Part shown: one piece after another, positions 8,401 to 16,621 of the stretch
Layout of the letters: each line of letters opens with the position of its first letter
Position numbering within the stretch: position 1 is the stretch's first letter
Assembly: GCA_030670165.1 (NCBI GenBank)
Contig: DAOVCF010000003.1
Span: forward strand, 1 to 34,860
Source: Candidatus Stahliibacteriota bacterium
Lineage (GTDB): Bacteria > Hydrothermota > Tepidihabitantia > B3-TA06
Direction: 5' to 3'
DNA length: 34,860 bases
Notes under the pieces: generated by a model
Seen by the model: only the letters and a program-made list of their open reading frames with translations
What the model was told of the DNA's origin: nothing
Database searches by the model: none
Position numbers and translations under genes: made by a program

Positions 8401-9941
8401 AAATCTCGAACGAGTTACTGCGTTACCTTTCCCTTAAAGGGATTACCGATCCTCATGAGCAGCGTCGGTTTCTCTTTCCGCAGCTTACGGATCACTACGA
8501 TTCGTTTCGCATGAACGAGATGGATAAGGTGGTAGAGGAGCTCCGAAGGGCGGTGAAGGAGCATCATAAGATACTTGTTTGGGGCCATGCCGATCTTGAC
8601 GGGATTGCATCCGCTGCAATGCTCAAATTCGCGCTCGAAGATTTGGGGACCGAAGAGGTTGGGGTACGCATTCCTTCACGGGAAGTGGAGTGGTTCGGGC
8701 TGATTCCAGATGAGCTGCGTGAGTTCAAGGCGTCGGGGGTGGATCTGGTAGTTACTGTAGATGTAGGGATTACTAACGTTGCCGAAGCGGCACTCGCTCG
8801 CGAGCTGGGCCTTGGCCTGATCATCACCGATCATCACGAGTTGATGGGTAAAGCGCCGGATGCGGTAGTCATAAACCCGAAGCTTCGAGAGAGCGGGTAT
8901 CCGTGGCGTCAGCTTGCAGGTGCAGGCGTGGTGCTGAAGCTCGTGTGTGCGTTATATCAACGTATGGTAGGTATGTCTGTTGAGGAACTCGCGCGTCTGC
9001 GGCCTCATTACTGGACATTTGCCGCTTTGGGGACCATCTCCGATCGCTGCCCGCTTCTTGACGAAAACCGCCTGATCGTTCGAGCAGGTCTGGATCACCT
9101 TCGTTCCGGGGCGTGGCCTTCACTTGAGATTTGGCTTAAAGAGATGGGGTTTGAGGCGGAGAGATTGACCGTGTTCGATCTCTACAGCAGGGCTATATCG
9201 GTTTTCTACGCCGCCGAGCCTGAGGAGGCGGTGAGGATTTTGCTCTCCAAAGATCGCCGGTGGCTTGGCGTTCGGTACGCCGAGCTTAAGGAGAGTGCAA
9301 TTGAATGGCAGCGCGGCAAGCAATGGATGATCGAGGAGGCGGAGCGCTCGGCACGTCATATAGGCGGGATGGTTATATCGGTTTCCGAGGATATCGGTCA
9401 GGCCTACCTGGGTACTACAACCCACGCTTTGCGTGAACGCTATAATCGACCGGCGATTGTTCTCGTTCCAAAAGGAAAACTGTGGCACGCGGAGTGCCGA
9501 GGCATCGAGGAGGTTGATCTACTTGAGTATCTCTCGCAGTTCGAAAGCATCTTCGTGACCTTTGGCGGTCACCGTAAGGCCTGCGGCTTCACCCTTGAAC
9601 CTATGGGGTTGGAGGAGTTTTTGAGTGCCGTCGAAGCGAATCCCATAAAGCTACAACCATCACAGGATAAAGAGGAGGCCGTGTTTGAGCCGGATATTGA
9701 GACAGACCTTAAGGATTGGAGCCTTCTTGCTCCGTTCGGTGAAGGGAATTATCCCCCCAGGCTGTTGGCTCAGGGTGTGCGTATCGAAGAAGCCGGTGAA
9801 GGATACCGCGCCAATGGGATCCCCGTTTATCTCCCGTTTGCCCTGCGTCCTCTTCCCCAGCCTGAAGGGAAATTCGATATGGAATATACCGTTAAGGCCG
9901 ATGGAACGATTAGGGTGTTAAGTCTTGAGCCGGCGGGCTAA
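8397..9941 (+). CDS. Divergent RecJ-like DHH/DHHA1 phosphoesterase
   Basis: GHADLDG, TVDVG, ITDHH, INPK...LAGAGV, LGTISD, DENRLIV, FGGHRKACG, LAPFGEGN; several canonical RecJ motifs are altered. Confidence 0.8.
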   Translation: MKISNELLRYLSLKGITDPHEQRRFLFPQLTDHYDSFRMNEMDKVVEELRRAVKEHHKILVWGHADLDGIASAAMLKFALEDLGTEEVGVRIPSREVEWFGLIPDELREFKASGVDLVVTVDVGITNVAEAALARELGLGLIITDHHELMGKAPDAVVINPKLRESGYPWRQLAGAGVVLKLVCALYQRMVGMSVEELARLRPHYWTFAALGTISDRCPLLDENRLIVRAGLDHLRSGAWPSLEIWLKEMGFEAERLTVFDLYSRAISVFYAAEPEEAVRILLSKDRRWLGVRYAELKESAIEWQRGKQWMIEEAERSARHIGGMVISVSEDIGQAYLGTTTHALRERYNRPAIVLVPKGKLWHAECRGIEEVDLLEYLSQFESIFVTFGGHRKACGFTLEPMGLEEFLSAVEANPIKLQPSQDKEEAVFEPDIETDLKDWSLLAPFGEGNYPPRLLAQGVRIEEAGEGYRANGIPVYLPFALRPLPQPEGKFDMEYTVKADGTIRVLSLEPAG

Positions 9942-10053
9942 CTCCCCCTTTATCTTAATCTCCATCGTGATTTATTCAACCCCGCATATTATCACAAGAA
10001 CGGCCCGTATCACACCGCAATGCTCTTTACCCTTGTCTGCGTTACTTTGAGAA

Positions 10054-10611
10054 CTAAGTCCTTTCCAGATACTCACCGGTTTCGGTGTTGACCTTTATCT
10101 TGTCGCCTGGCTCGATAAACGACGGCACGTTTACCTTAAGACCCGTTGTGGTTGTAGCCGGTTTTAGTTGTGCCTGGGCTGTGGCATGTTTCAGAGCGGG
10201 CTCGGTTTCCGCAACCTCCAGCACAACCGCTTTGGGAGGCCTCACGCTTATAGCTTTGCCTTCAAAGAAGGCAACCGAGATTACAAAACCTTCAGTAAGG
10301 TAGTAGCGGTTATCGCCGATCAACCTCATCTCGATGGCAACCTGCTCGTAGTTCTCGGTGTTCATGAAGTGAAACAGTTCGCCGTCTTCGTAAAGATACT
10401 GCATCTCGCGCTCTTCAAGGGTAGCGAGTTCAACCCTGTCGCTTGAGGCGAATCTTTTTTCAGTTGAAAGACCTGTAAGCACGTTGCGCAGTTTAAGTTG
10501 AATCTTGCCCGGTTTACGTCCCTGAGTCACGTGGCGGCTCTCGATCACCACGTATGGTTCACCATCCACAACGACGCAGTTGCCGGTTTTTACCTGAGTT
10601 GCCGGGATCAA
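10054..10611 (-). CDS. efp: Translation elongation factor P
   Basis: 185 aa; MQYLY...FMNTENYEQ, KPATTTTGLKVNVPSFI..GDKIKVNTETGEYLER; the TTG start overlaps the upstream stop. Confidence 0.95.
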   Translation of the reverse strand: MIPATQVKTGNCVVVDGEPYVVIESRHVTQGRKPGKIQLKLRNVLTGLSTEKRFASSDRVELATLEEREMQYLYEDGELFHFMNTENYEQVAIEMRLIGDNRYYLTEGFVISVAFFEGKAISVRPPKAVVLEVAETEPALKHATAQAQLKPATTTTGLKVNVPSFIEPGDKIKVNTETGEYLERT

Positions 10612-11984
10612 AGAACCTCCTTGGGCTCTACGTTTTGTTCTTTAAGCTTTGCAAAGAAAAGGTCACGGATACGCTGCAACGCATCGGTGGTTTTGGCCTC
10701 AAAGCGCAATACAAGCACCGGCTGGGTATTGGAGGCTCGAACAAGTCCCCAGCCGTCGGGGAACACTACTCGCGCCCCGTCTATGGTGATGGTCTCATAG
10801 TCCTTGGTAAACTCCTCCTGCAGAGCCTTGACGACCTCGAACTTGCGTTCGTCAGGGCAGGGAACGTGGATCTGGGGGGTGTTGATGTAGGAGGGGACCT
10901 CGGCTGCAAGCTCCGATAGGGGTCTCTTTTGATTCTCAAGAAGCCCAAAAAGTCTCAAGGCCGCATACAGGGCATCGTCGTAACCAAAATACTCGTCGGC
11001 AAAGAAGATGTGTCCGGACATCTCACCTGCGAAGGGAGCTTGTTCTTCGCGGAGCTTTGCCTTGAGGAGCGAGTGGCCCGTTTTGTACATTATAGGATTG
11101 CCGCCTCGCTCCCGGATATACTCCACTATGCCCTGGGAACACTTCACGTCGAATATAATTTTGGCTCCTGGATGTTGCTCCAGCACCTCCGAGGCCAGGA
11201 TAGCCAGAAGCTTATCACCGAAGATCAGCCGCCCCTTCTCGTCCATCGCACCGATCCGGTCGCCGTCACCGTCGAAACCCAGACCCAGATCGGCTCCGTG
11301 CTCCTGCACTAGCCTGCCAAGCTCTTCCATATACTTTGGAACAGTGGGATCGGCAAGATGAACAGGGAAGCGTCCGTCAGGCTCAAGATTTATGTAGGAG
11401 ACGTCAAGAGCAGGGAAGCCGGCAAAAAGCCGCTCAAGCAGCATCCCGGTAGTTCCGTTACCAGAATCTATGATTACCTTTCTCGGTTCCGTAAACTCAA
11501 ACGAGCGGTGCATGTAATTAAGATACGCATGGGTAGGATCGAGTTGCTCTATTCTTCCCGTTCCTTTGCTGAATCTTTCTTCCTCTATTCGTTTTTTAAG
11601 TTCCTGGATGGCATCACCGTACAGGCTTTGTTTCGCTTCGCAGATCTTGAACCCGTTCTGATCAGCGGGGTTGTGGCTTCCGGTAATCATCACCCCGGTA
11701 TCCAGATCGAAATGGTGCAGGGTGAAGTAAAGCAAAGGGGTGGGTATAACGCCCAGATCCACCACGTTAACGCCTGCAGCTTTGATTCCTTCTGAGAGAT
11801 TATCAAACAACCTTGGCGAGCTTAACCGGATGTCACGTCCGACCGCGACCCACACAACCCCGCGCTCGGCTGCTCGTGATGCAAGTGCCCGACCAATTGA
11901 GGCTACCGCCTCGTGGGTGAAATCCCGATCGGCTACACCGCGGATGTCATAGGCACGGAAGATTAAAGGATTTACATCCCCCAT
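10608..11984 (-). CDS. Phosphomannomutase/phosphoglucomutase (AlgC-like)
   Basis: IFRAYDIRG, catalytic TGSHNP, metal loop FDGDGDR, GEMSGHIFF, GWGLVRASNTQP. Confidence 0.95.
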   Translation of the reverse strand: MGDVNPLIFRAYDIRGVADRDFTHEAVASIGRALASRAAERGVVWVAVGRDIRLSSPRLFDNLSEGIKAAGVNVVDLGVIPTPLLYFTLHHFDLDTGVMITGSHNPADQNGFKICEAKQSLYGDAIQELKKRIEEERFSKGTGRIEQLDPTHAYLNYMHRSFEFTEPRKVIIDSGNGTTGMLLERLFAGFPALDVSYINLEPDGRFPVHLADPTVPKYMEELGRLVQEHGADLGLGFDGDGDRIGAMDEKGRLIFGDKLLAILASEVLEQHPGAKIIFDVKCSQGIVEYIRERGGNPIMYKTGHSLLKAKLREEQAPFAGEMSGHIFFADEYFGYDDALYAALRLFGLLENQKRPLSELAAEVPSYINTPQIHVPCPDERKFEVVKALQEEFTKDYETITIDGARVVFPDGWGLVRASNTQPVLVLRFEAKTTDALQRIRDLFFAKLKEQNVEPKEVL

Positions 11985-12042
11985 CTACATCTCCTTGTTA
12001 CATTGCGGGTTACGCTTATGTTGATCTATCCCGGCTATTTCC

Positions 12043-12753
12043 TTATTGAGCAATTATACCCAGCCACTCCCTTAGAAGGAACTGAACGCGACCTATCAGG
12101 AGCGAAACACGCGACATGACCGTAAGCCCGAAGGTGGCGCCGAATCCCAGCATGATGAATACGATGCCTACCTTGGAAACAGGGCTCAACACACTTTTTT
12201 CTTTGCGTGAGAAGAAGAAGTAGGCGAGGGTGGTGAGTATTCCTATAAGCAGTATAATCGCCCAGATGCCTGGCCAGGGGTTTCCGGGTTGGAACATCTT
12301 AGGCAAAACCAGGGATGCCTTGGTCTGCTCGAATATGGTGGCCTGGAAGATGAGCGGGATTGCGATACCCGATCCTATACCCAGAGCGATTGAGATGGGG
12401 ATTCGCACCAGCCAGGAGACTTTGGGTATGAGTCGTGTGAAGTAAAGGAGTCCTATAGCGATGGGTATTATGAGGATGAGACGCCCTTGCACGAACAAGG
12501 GGCGCAGCGCGATCTGCCATAAGCCCAGCCACCAGGTCAGGGCCAGGCCGTAACCTAATGCAAGGCCCACGAAGAGGTGTTCGGCTACCCTGTAGATCGG
12601 ATTGTCACGGTAGAGTATGCTGAAGATGGCAAGCGTAAGTAAGGCGGCGATCCAAACCCATACGCTCTTTGAGACCGGAAGGAAGACGATGGCTAGAACG
12701 ATCAATACCACTGCGACTGCCAGGAAAATTACTGTAGGGATCCACTTCTTCAT
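12043..12753 (-). CDS. Uncharacterised polytopic membrane protein (about 7 TM), cluster gene 4
   Basis: Strongly hydrophobic; motifs YRDNPIYRVAEHLFVG and GFGATFGLTVMSRVSLLIGR; ATGA overlap with the upstream gene. Confidence 0.85.
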   Translation of the reverse strand: MKKWIPTVIFLAVAVVLIVLAIVFLPVSKSVWVWIAALLTLAIFSILYRDNPIYRVAEHLFVGLALGYGLALTWWLGLWQIALRPLFVQGRLILIIPIAIGLLYFTRLIPKVSWLVRIPISIALGIGSGIAIPLIFQATIFEQTKASLVLPKMFQPGNPWPGIWAIILLIGILTTLAYFFFSRKEKSVLSPVSKVGIVFIMLGFGATFGLTVMSRVSLLIGRVQFLLREWLGIIAQ

Positions 12754-14297
12754 TTTTTCCTCCCGGTTGTAAAGTAGCTTATGTTGCCGAGGATCACAAA
12801 CAGGATGATTATGAGAAGGGAGGCCGAGAGAGCGGGTAGTGCCTGTGTGCCTCGCAGGAAGATGCTGCGCTGTACTTCTTTCTTAAGCTCCGTTGGTTGC
12901 TCCTCTTCCAGAATCTCGGTTAATTCGGTTCTCAGGATTTCCTCAGCCATAGTCTGGGTGGTTTCAGTACCGGGAAAGTTGATGCTTATCTTGTCTTTCA
13001 AGGCTTCCTTGAGTTCTTGTCTTAATCGGGCTTTTGCTGGCAACTCGGCGGTTAGAATCTCCGGGGGCGGTGGTTGGAAAAGCCCGGTCAAGATATCCCT
13101 TAGTTCAGTATTGATAAGGGCATCCACTTTGGCTTTGATAACCTCTGGTTTCTTCTGCTCTGGCTCGATTTCTAGTCTATCTCCAAGGATTACCCCTAGA
13201 AGTTGCTTTAATTCGATCTTTAGAATGGTGTCCAGCATGACATTAGACACATCGTAGAGGTTGGCGATCGCCAGCATCTTATCTCTGTTCAGTGAAAGCT
13301 CCTGGCCTTCCAAGGTTACGGTGGTGTTTTTGTGTTTTTGTTTTATCACCAGGTTGCGGTAGTAGACGGTGGTGTCAGAAAACTCAATTAAGGAAAGTGG
13401 CTTTTCAAATCTGCTTTTCGATTCTAGGGCTTTTTCTATGCCGGGCAAGTCAAGATCGAACCGCCGGGCCAGACTTACTATGTCGTTTGAATCAGCGTCA
13501 TAGCTCTGCTTTTCTATGGTTACATTGTAGGAGTCCTTTCCAAGGTATTTGACCACCACGTTGGGGTAGTAACGATCCTTTGCCAGGCGTTCGTATTCGG
13601 CGCCCGCCTTCATCCCGGCAAGCATCCCTACGAACTGTTTGGAACCAAGGAAGGGATAGATATCCGCTACTGATACCGCGGTTACGCCTGTAGCCACCGG
13701 AACATCGTAGGGTGTATGGGCGTAGTAGACCCAGTAGCCGTAAAGGCTTGATCCGGTGAAGTCCATTGCAAGGCCTAGGTTGTCGTAGTTCCTTATTCCC
13801 TCCATGACGGGCAGTTCAGACAAAGGGGTGTCGAAGTAATCGGTTGGGAAGACCTGGTCGATAAAGTTGCCCATACCGAGAACTACTGCAACCGGGCTGG
13901 GTTTCCAGCCGAGAAGAACGTAATCTATGCCGTATTCCTTGTTGTGTTCTTCAGCCAGTCTTGTTAGAACCTCAAGGCCGATATCGGTTCCCTGGATAGG
14001 AAGGGCCATAACCAGTAGCGGGATATTCCGAGCGAAGGCGTGACGGATAATCGCTTCGAGTTGAGGTTTAAGCTCGGGTTCGGTCTGGGGATCGAAATCA
14101 ACTGACAGCAAAATGGCCTTTCGTTGACCGTTGGGGTCTATGCTCTCGATGTGATCGAATACGCTTTTTGTCCGTGGCATGGCGCGAACCTTGGACGGGA
14201 GTTTCACCGTGAGTATAAGGGGTACGATCACTGTAACAGCCAGAACCATGTAGATGATGCGGCGATCTATCTTACCTAGTTTTTCCCAGAAGTTCAT
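12750..14297 (-). CDS. Uncharacterised membrane protein with large extracytoplasmic alpha/beta domain, cluster gene 3
   Basis: N-terminal TM after IDRRIIY; EYGIDYVLLGW; GMLAGMKAGAEYE; C-terminal TM ending ILGNISYF; ATGA overlaps on both sides. Confidence 0.85.
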   Translation of the reverse strand: MNFWEKLGKIDRRIIYMVLAVTVIVPLILTVKLPSKVRAMPRTKSVFDHIESIDPNGQRKAILLSVDFDPQTEPELKPQLEAIIRHAFARNIPLLVMALPIQGTDIGLEVLTRLAEEHNKEYGIDYVLLGWKPSPVAVVLGMGNFIDQVFPTDYFDTPLSELPVMEGIRNYDNLGLAMDFTGSSLYGYWVYYAHTPYDVPVATGVTAVSVADIYPFLGSKQFVGMLAGMKAGAEYERLAKDRYYPNVVVKYLGKDSYNVTIEKQSYDADSNDIVSLARRFDLDLPGIEKALESKSRFEKPLSLIEFSDTTVYYRNLVIKQKHKNTTVTLEGQELSLNRDKMLAIANLYDVSNVMLDTILKIELKQLLGVILGDRLEIEPEQKKPEVIKAKVDALINTELRDILTGLFQPPPPEILTAELPAKARLRQELKEALKDKISINFPGTETTQTMAEEILRTELTEILEEEQPTELKKEVQRSIFLRGTQALPALSASLLIIILFVILGNISYFTTGRKK

Positions 14298-14956
14298 TTC
14301 GTACCTCCGATGTAGCCGCGTTCAATGCCGAGTATGATCTTCAGTGAGGTTGCGATTCCGCCGAGGCTTGCCCCAAGGAGTATTCCGCGCTTGGCAGCCA
14401 TGTTGGGTACTGAAAGCAGCCATTCGCCGAGGTCTCCGAGAGGTAGCACGTTATAGAAGATGATGGAGAGCATGATGATGAAGGCCGCGATTAGAAGAAG
14501 AATGGAAACCAGCGACTTTGCACGGAACGAACGGTAGGCCGCAGATGCGATGTAGAAGGCAAGCACCGAGAACATCGTGGCTCCTAGAGGAACCATCATG
14601 TAGTTGTAGAAGTTGGCGAAAAGGTAGGTGAAGACCGGGATCTGCTGTCCATGAACGGTTACTGGAAGCCAACTCATGTTTGGAGCGCGTCCGATGATAC
14701 CGATTACGGCCATGATAACTAGTGCACCAAGGGCTATTGGGCTGTAGGCCCATCCTTCCTTCTTGTGCCTGATCTTGGTCGCGTGGTGGGTGACGAAGCT
14801 TGCAAGACCGATGATGAAGGCGAAGGAACCTATAACCCTGAGCCATTCCAGGGCGGTGTTCTTGAAATACTGGGAGAACTGGTGAGGTATGAAGAACTGG
14901 ATCATCAATACGATACCAAGCACCAGGGTTATAGTTAAGGGTATTCTGCGTTTCAT
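14294..14956 (-). CDS. Uncharacterised polytopic membrane protein (about 6 TM), cluster gene 2
   Basis: Hydrophobic; motifs PLGATMFSVLAFYIASAAYRSFR and VPNMAAKRGI...LKIILGIER. Confidence 0.85.
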   Translation of the reverse strand: MKRRIPLTITLVLGIVLMIQFFIPHQFSQYFKNTALEWLRVIGSFAFIIGLASFVTHHATKIRHKKEGWAYSPIALGALVIMAVIGIIGRAPNMSWLPVTVHGQQIPVFTYLFANFYNYMMVPLGATMFSVLAFYIASAAYRSFRAKSLVSILLLIAAFIIMLSIIFYNVLPLGDLGEWLLSVPNMAAKRGILLGASLGGIATSLKIILGIERGYIGGTK

Positions 14957-14965
14957 GCCGCCCCC

Positions 14966-16111
14966 TTAGACCGAGGTGACGATTTTGGTTGCGAATTCAA
15001 GACCGAATAGAGCAAGAATAGTCAGTACAACAAGGAGTATGCCGATGGTGGCTTTACCCCAGTCCTGGGCCTTGATGGTTCCCACAAGATTGGGTTCCCG
15101 TGAAAGATATGCCGAGGCCGCGTAGAGCTCCTCCCCGATGATGGTGTAGTCGCAGGCGGTGATAAAGAAGGGCAGCTGTGCCGAGGCGTCGGTGCCCGCG
15201 ATCTGGATCGCACCCGAGATGTTACCGGTCTCGGCAAGAAGCAATGATTCCGCGTAGAACATTCCCAGGAAGAAGTTGGTGGCTGGTTTTTCACGAAGCA
15301 TTATCCCGTTGACTGCGGCAACGTAGGCAAACTGACTGGTGGTTACGAAGAATACACTGTCCGGGTTGAATGCGTCAGGACGACCTGCATCAGAGTAAGC
15401 TTCTTTAACGATTTCCCGGGCAACGGTGTACACGATAGGATCTTTATTTGGAACAATGATGGGGGTGTCGTACTGGGCCGCCTTCTTGGCTATCCCTTGC
15501 AGGATGTTAAGCGCCGCGATTGTTGCGATATCACCGATGCCCGAGAGTCCGGGCACGAACAGAATGGGGCGCCCCATCTCTGTGGCGCGGCCTACCGCCT
15601 CGTCAATAGCTTCCAACCCGGCGATCTTTCTGAGAAACAGATTCTTGCCTCGCTTCGCCTGAGAGATGAAGAACGTAACCAGAGAGAAGAAGAAGATCAT
15701 CGCAACCAGAACGTTGATCCTGCCTATATGGAACCACTGTCCAGCGGCCTGGGTTGCAGCCGAGGGCTCTGATACAATCGTTTCTTCCCCGCGAACCGCA
15801 GCCACCTTGTAGGTATAGTCCGTGAAGTTTGCGATCCCTCCGTCATCCACGATACTATCCGTACCTGGTGCGATAACCGCCACTGCTTGGAACTCTCCTC
15901 CTTCTTTAGAACGCAGGATGATGTAATCATCCAGGAGCTTGTCGTCCGGTGAAAGCTTCCAGCGTACTACCAGCTGATGACCTTCGTCGTTGGGAAAGTC
16001 TGAGACTTGGACTTCTGTCGCCGGTCTGATTGGCGGCAGCAGCTCTGCCAGCGAGTCCACTGGCGGTTCCGCCTGGGAGAGGAGAAGCGGAATTAGCATA
16101 AGTAAGGTCAA
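14966..16111 (-). CDS. Fibronectin type III plus DUF6754-like membrane protein, cluster gene 1
   Basis: TTG start with AGGAGG SD; signal-like N-terminus; FN3 pattern (VRWKLSPD...YIILRS...YTYKVAAV); TM; then LRKIAGLEAIDEAVGRATEMGRP...QLPFFITACDY..IGEELYAASAYLS, recalled as DUF6754. Confidence 0.8.
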   Translation of the reverse strand: MTLLMLIPLLLSQAEPPVDSLAELLPPIRPATEVQVSDFPNDEGHQLVVRWKLSPDDKLLDDYIILRSKEGGEFQAVAVIAPGTDSIVDDGGIANFTDYTYKVAAVRGEETIVSEPSAATQAAGQWFHIGRINVLVAMIFFFSLVTFFISQAKRGKNLFLRKIAGLEAIDEAVGRATEMGRPILFVPGLSGIGDIATIAALNILQGIAKKAAQYDTPIIVPNKDPIVYTVAREIVKEAYSDAGRPDAFNPDSVFFVTTSQFAYVAAVNGIMLREKPATNFFLGMFYAESLLLAETGNISGAIQIAGTDASAQLPFFITACDYTIIGEELYAASAYLSREPNLVGTIKAQDWGKATIGILLVVLTILALFGLEFATKIVTSV

Positions 16112-16120
16112 ATGCCCCTC

Positions 16121-16429
16121 CTATTTAAAGGCTTCTTTACATTTGCACGGCTTTGACCCGCACCGCGGGCAGCCCTTTCCGTATTTTGCTCTGGCTTTTT
16201 CCTCAAGGTCTATTCCAGCAAGATTGGCCAAAGTGCACAGCCACGCGAGAACATCGGCAAACTCCTCCCCTTGAGCCTTTTTGTCTGCGTACCTTATTGC
16301 CCGTGCCAATTCACCGACTTCCTCACTGAACCACACAAACGTTCGTGCCAGCCCACGGCCAGAATCCTTGTGGAAGAACTCTTCCTTAATCAAATCTTGA
16401 AACTCACGTACTCCAAGCTTATCTTCCAT
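16121..16429 (-). CDS. MazG-like nucleotide pyrophosphohydrolase with C-terminal Cys cluster
   Basis: WFSEEVGELARAI...EEFADVLAWL (all-alpha NTP-PPase EExxE...ExxD pattern) and CPRCGSKPCKC. Confidence 0.85.
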   Translation of the reverse strand: MEDKLGVREFQDLIKEEFFHKDSGRGLARTFVWFSEEVGELARAIRYADKKAQGEEFADVLAWLCTLANLAGIDLEEKARAKYGKGCPRCGSKPCKCKEAFK

Positions 16430-16437
16430 TGGCGCTT

Positions 16438-16465
16438 ATGATACGGTTCAGCGGCGCGTTGTCAA
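16438..16465 (-). promoter_or_regulatory. sigma70 promoter of the mazG...efp operon, leaderless
   Basis: TTGACA (16465-16460), N16, TATCAT (16443-16438); ATG 8 nt downstream; no SD. Confidence 0.75.
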
Positions 16466-16621
16466 TACCTACGATCCTTCATGGCTGTTAGACGAATTTT
16501 AGCTGAACCGGGTTTGCACCTGTAATGTCAGTTTAACTTGAGAGAAAGTGTATCTCGATGGCTCACAACACCCTGGGCAGCGCAGCTGTCCGATGGGTAA
16601 AATCAATACAGGCAGAGCGTT

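Noticed and set aside
12860-13565. Insertion in the 515-aa membrane protein as a possible intein
   Set aside because: No N-terminal C/S block, no His-Asn followed by C/S/T, and no LAGLIDADG-like motif.
16121-16429. MazG-like gene as part of an anti-phage or toxin-antitoxin system
   Set aside because: No toxin, nuclease or other defence gene is adjacent; it heads a housekeeping-type operon.
16480-16620. GTTAGAC core and GGGCAGC/GCTGTCC hairpin as an integron attC site or ncRNA
   Set aside because: No complementary RYYYAAC inverse core at a suitable distance, no second cassette or integrase, and no recognisable RNA family; at most a weak terminator.
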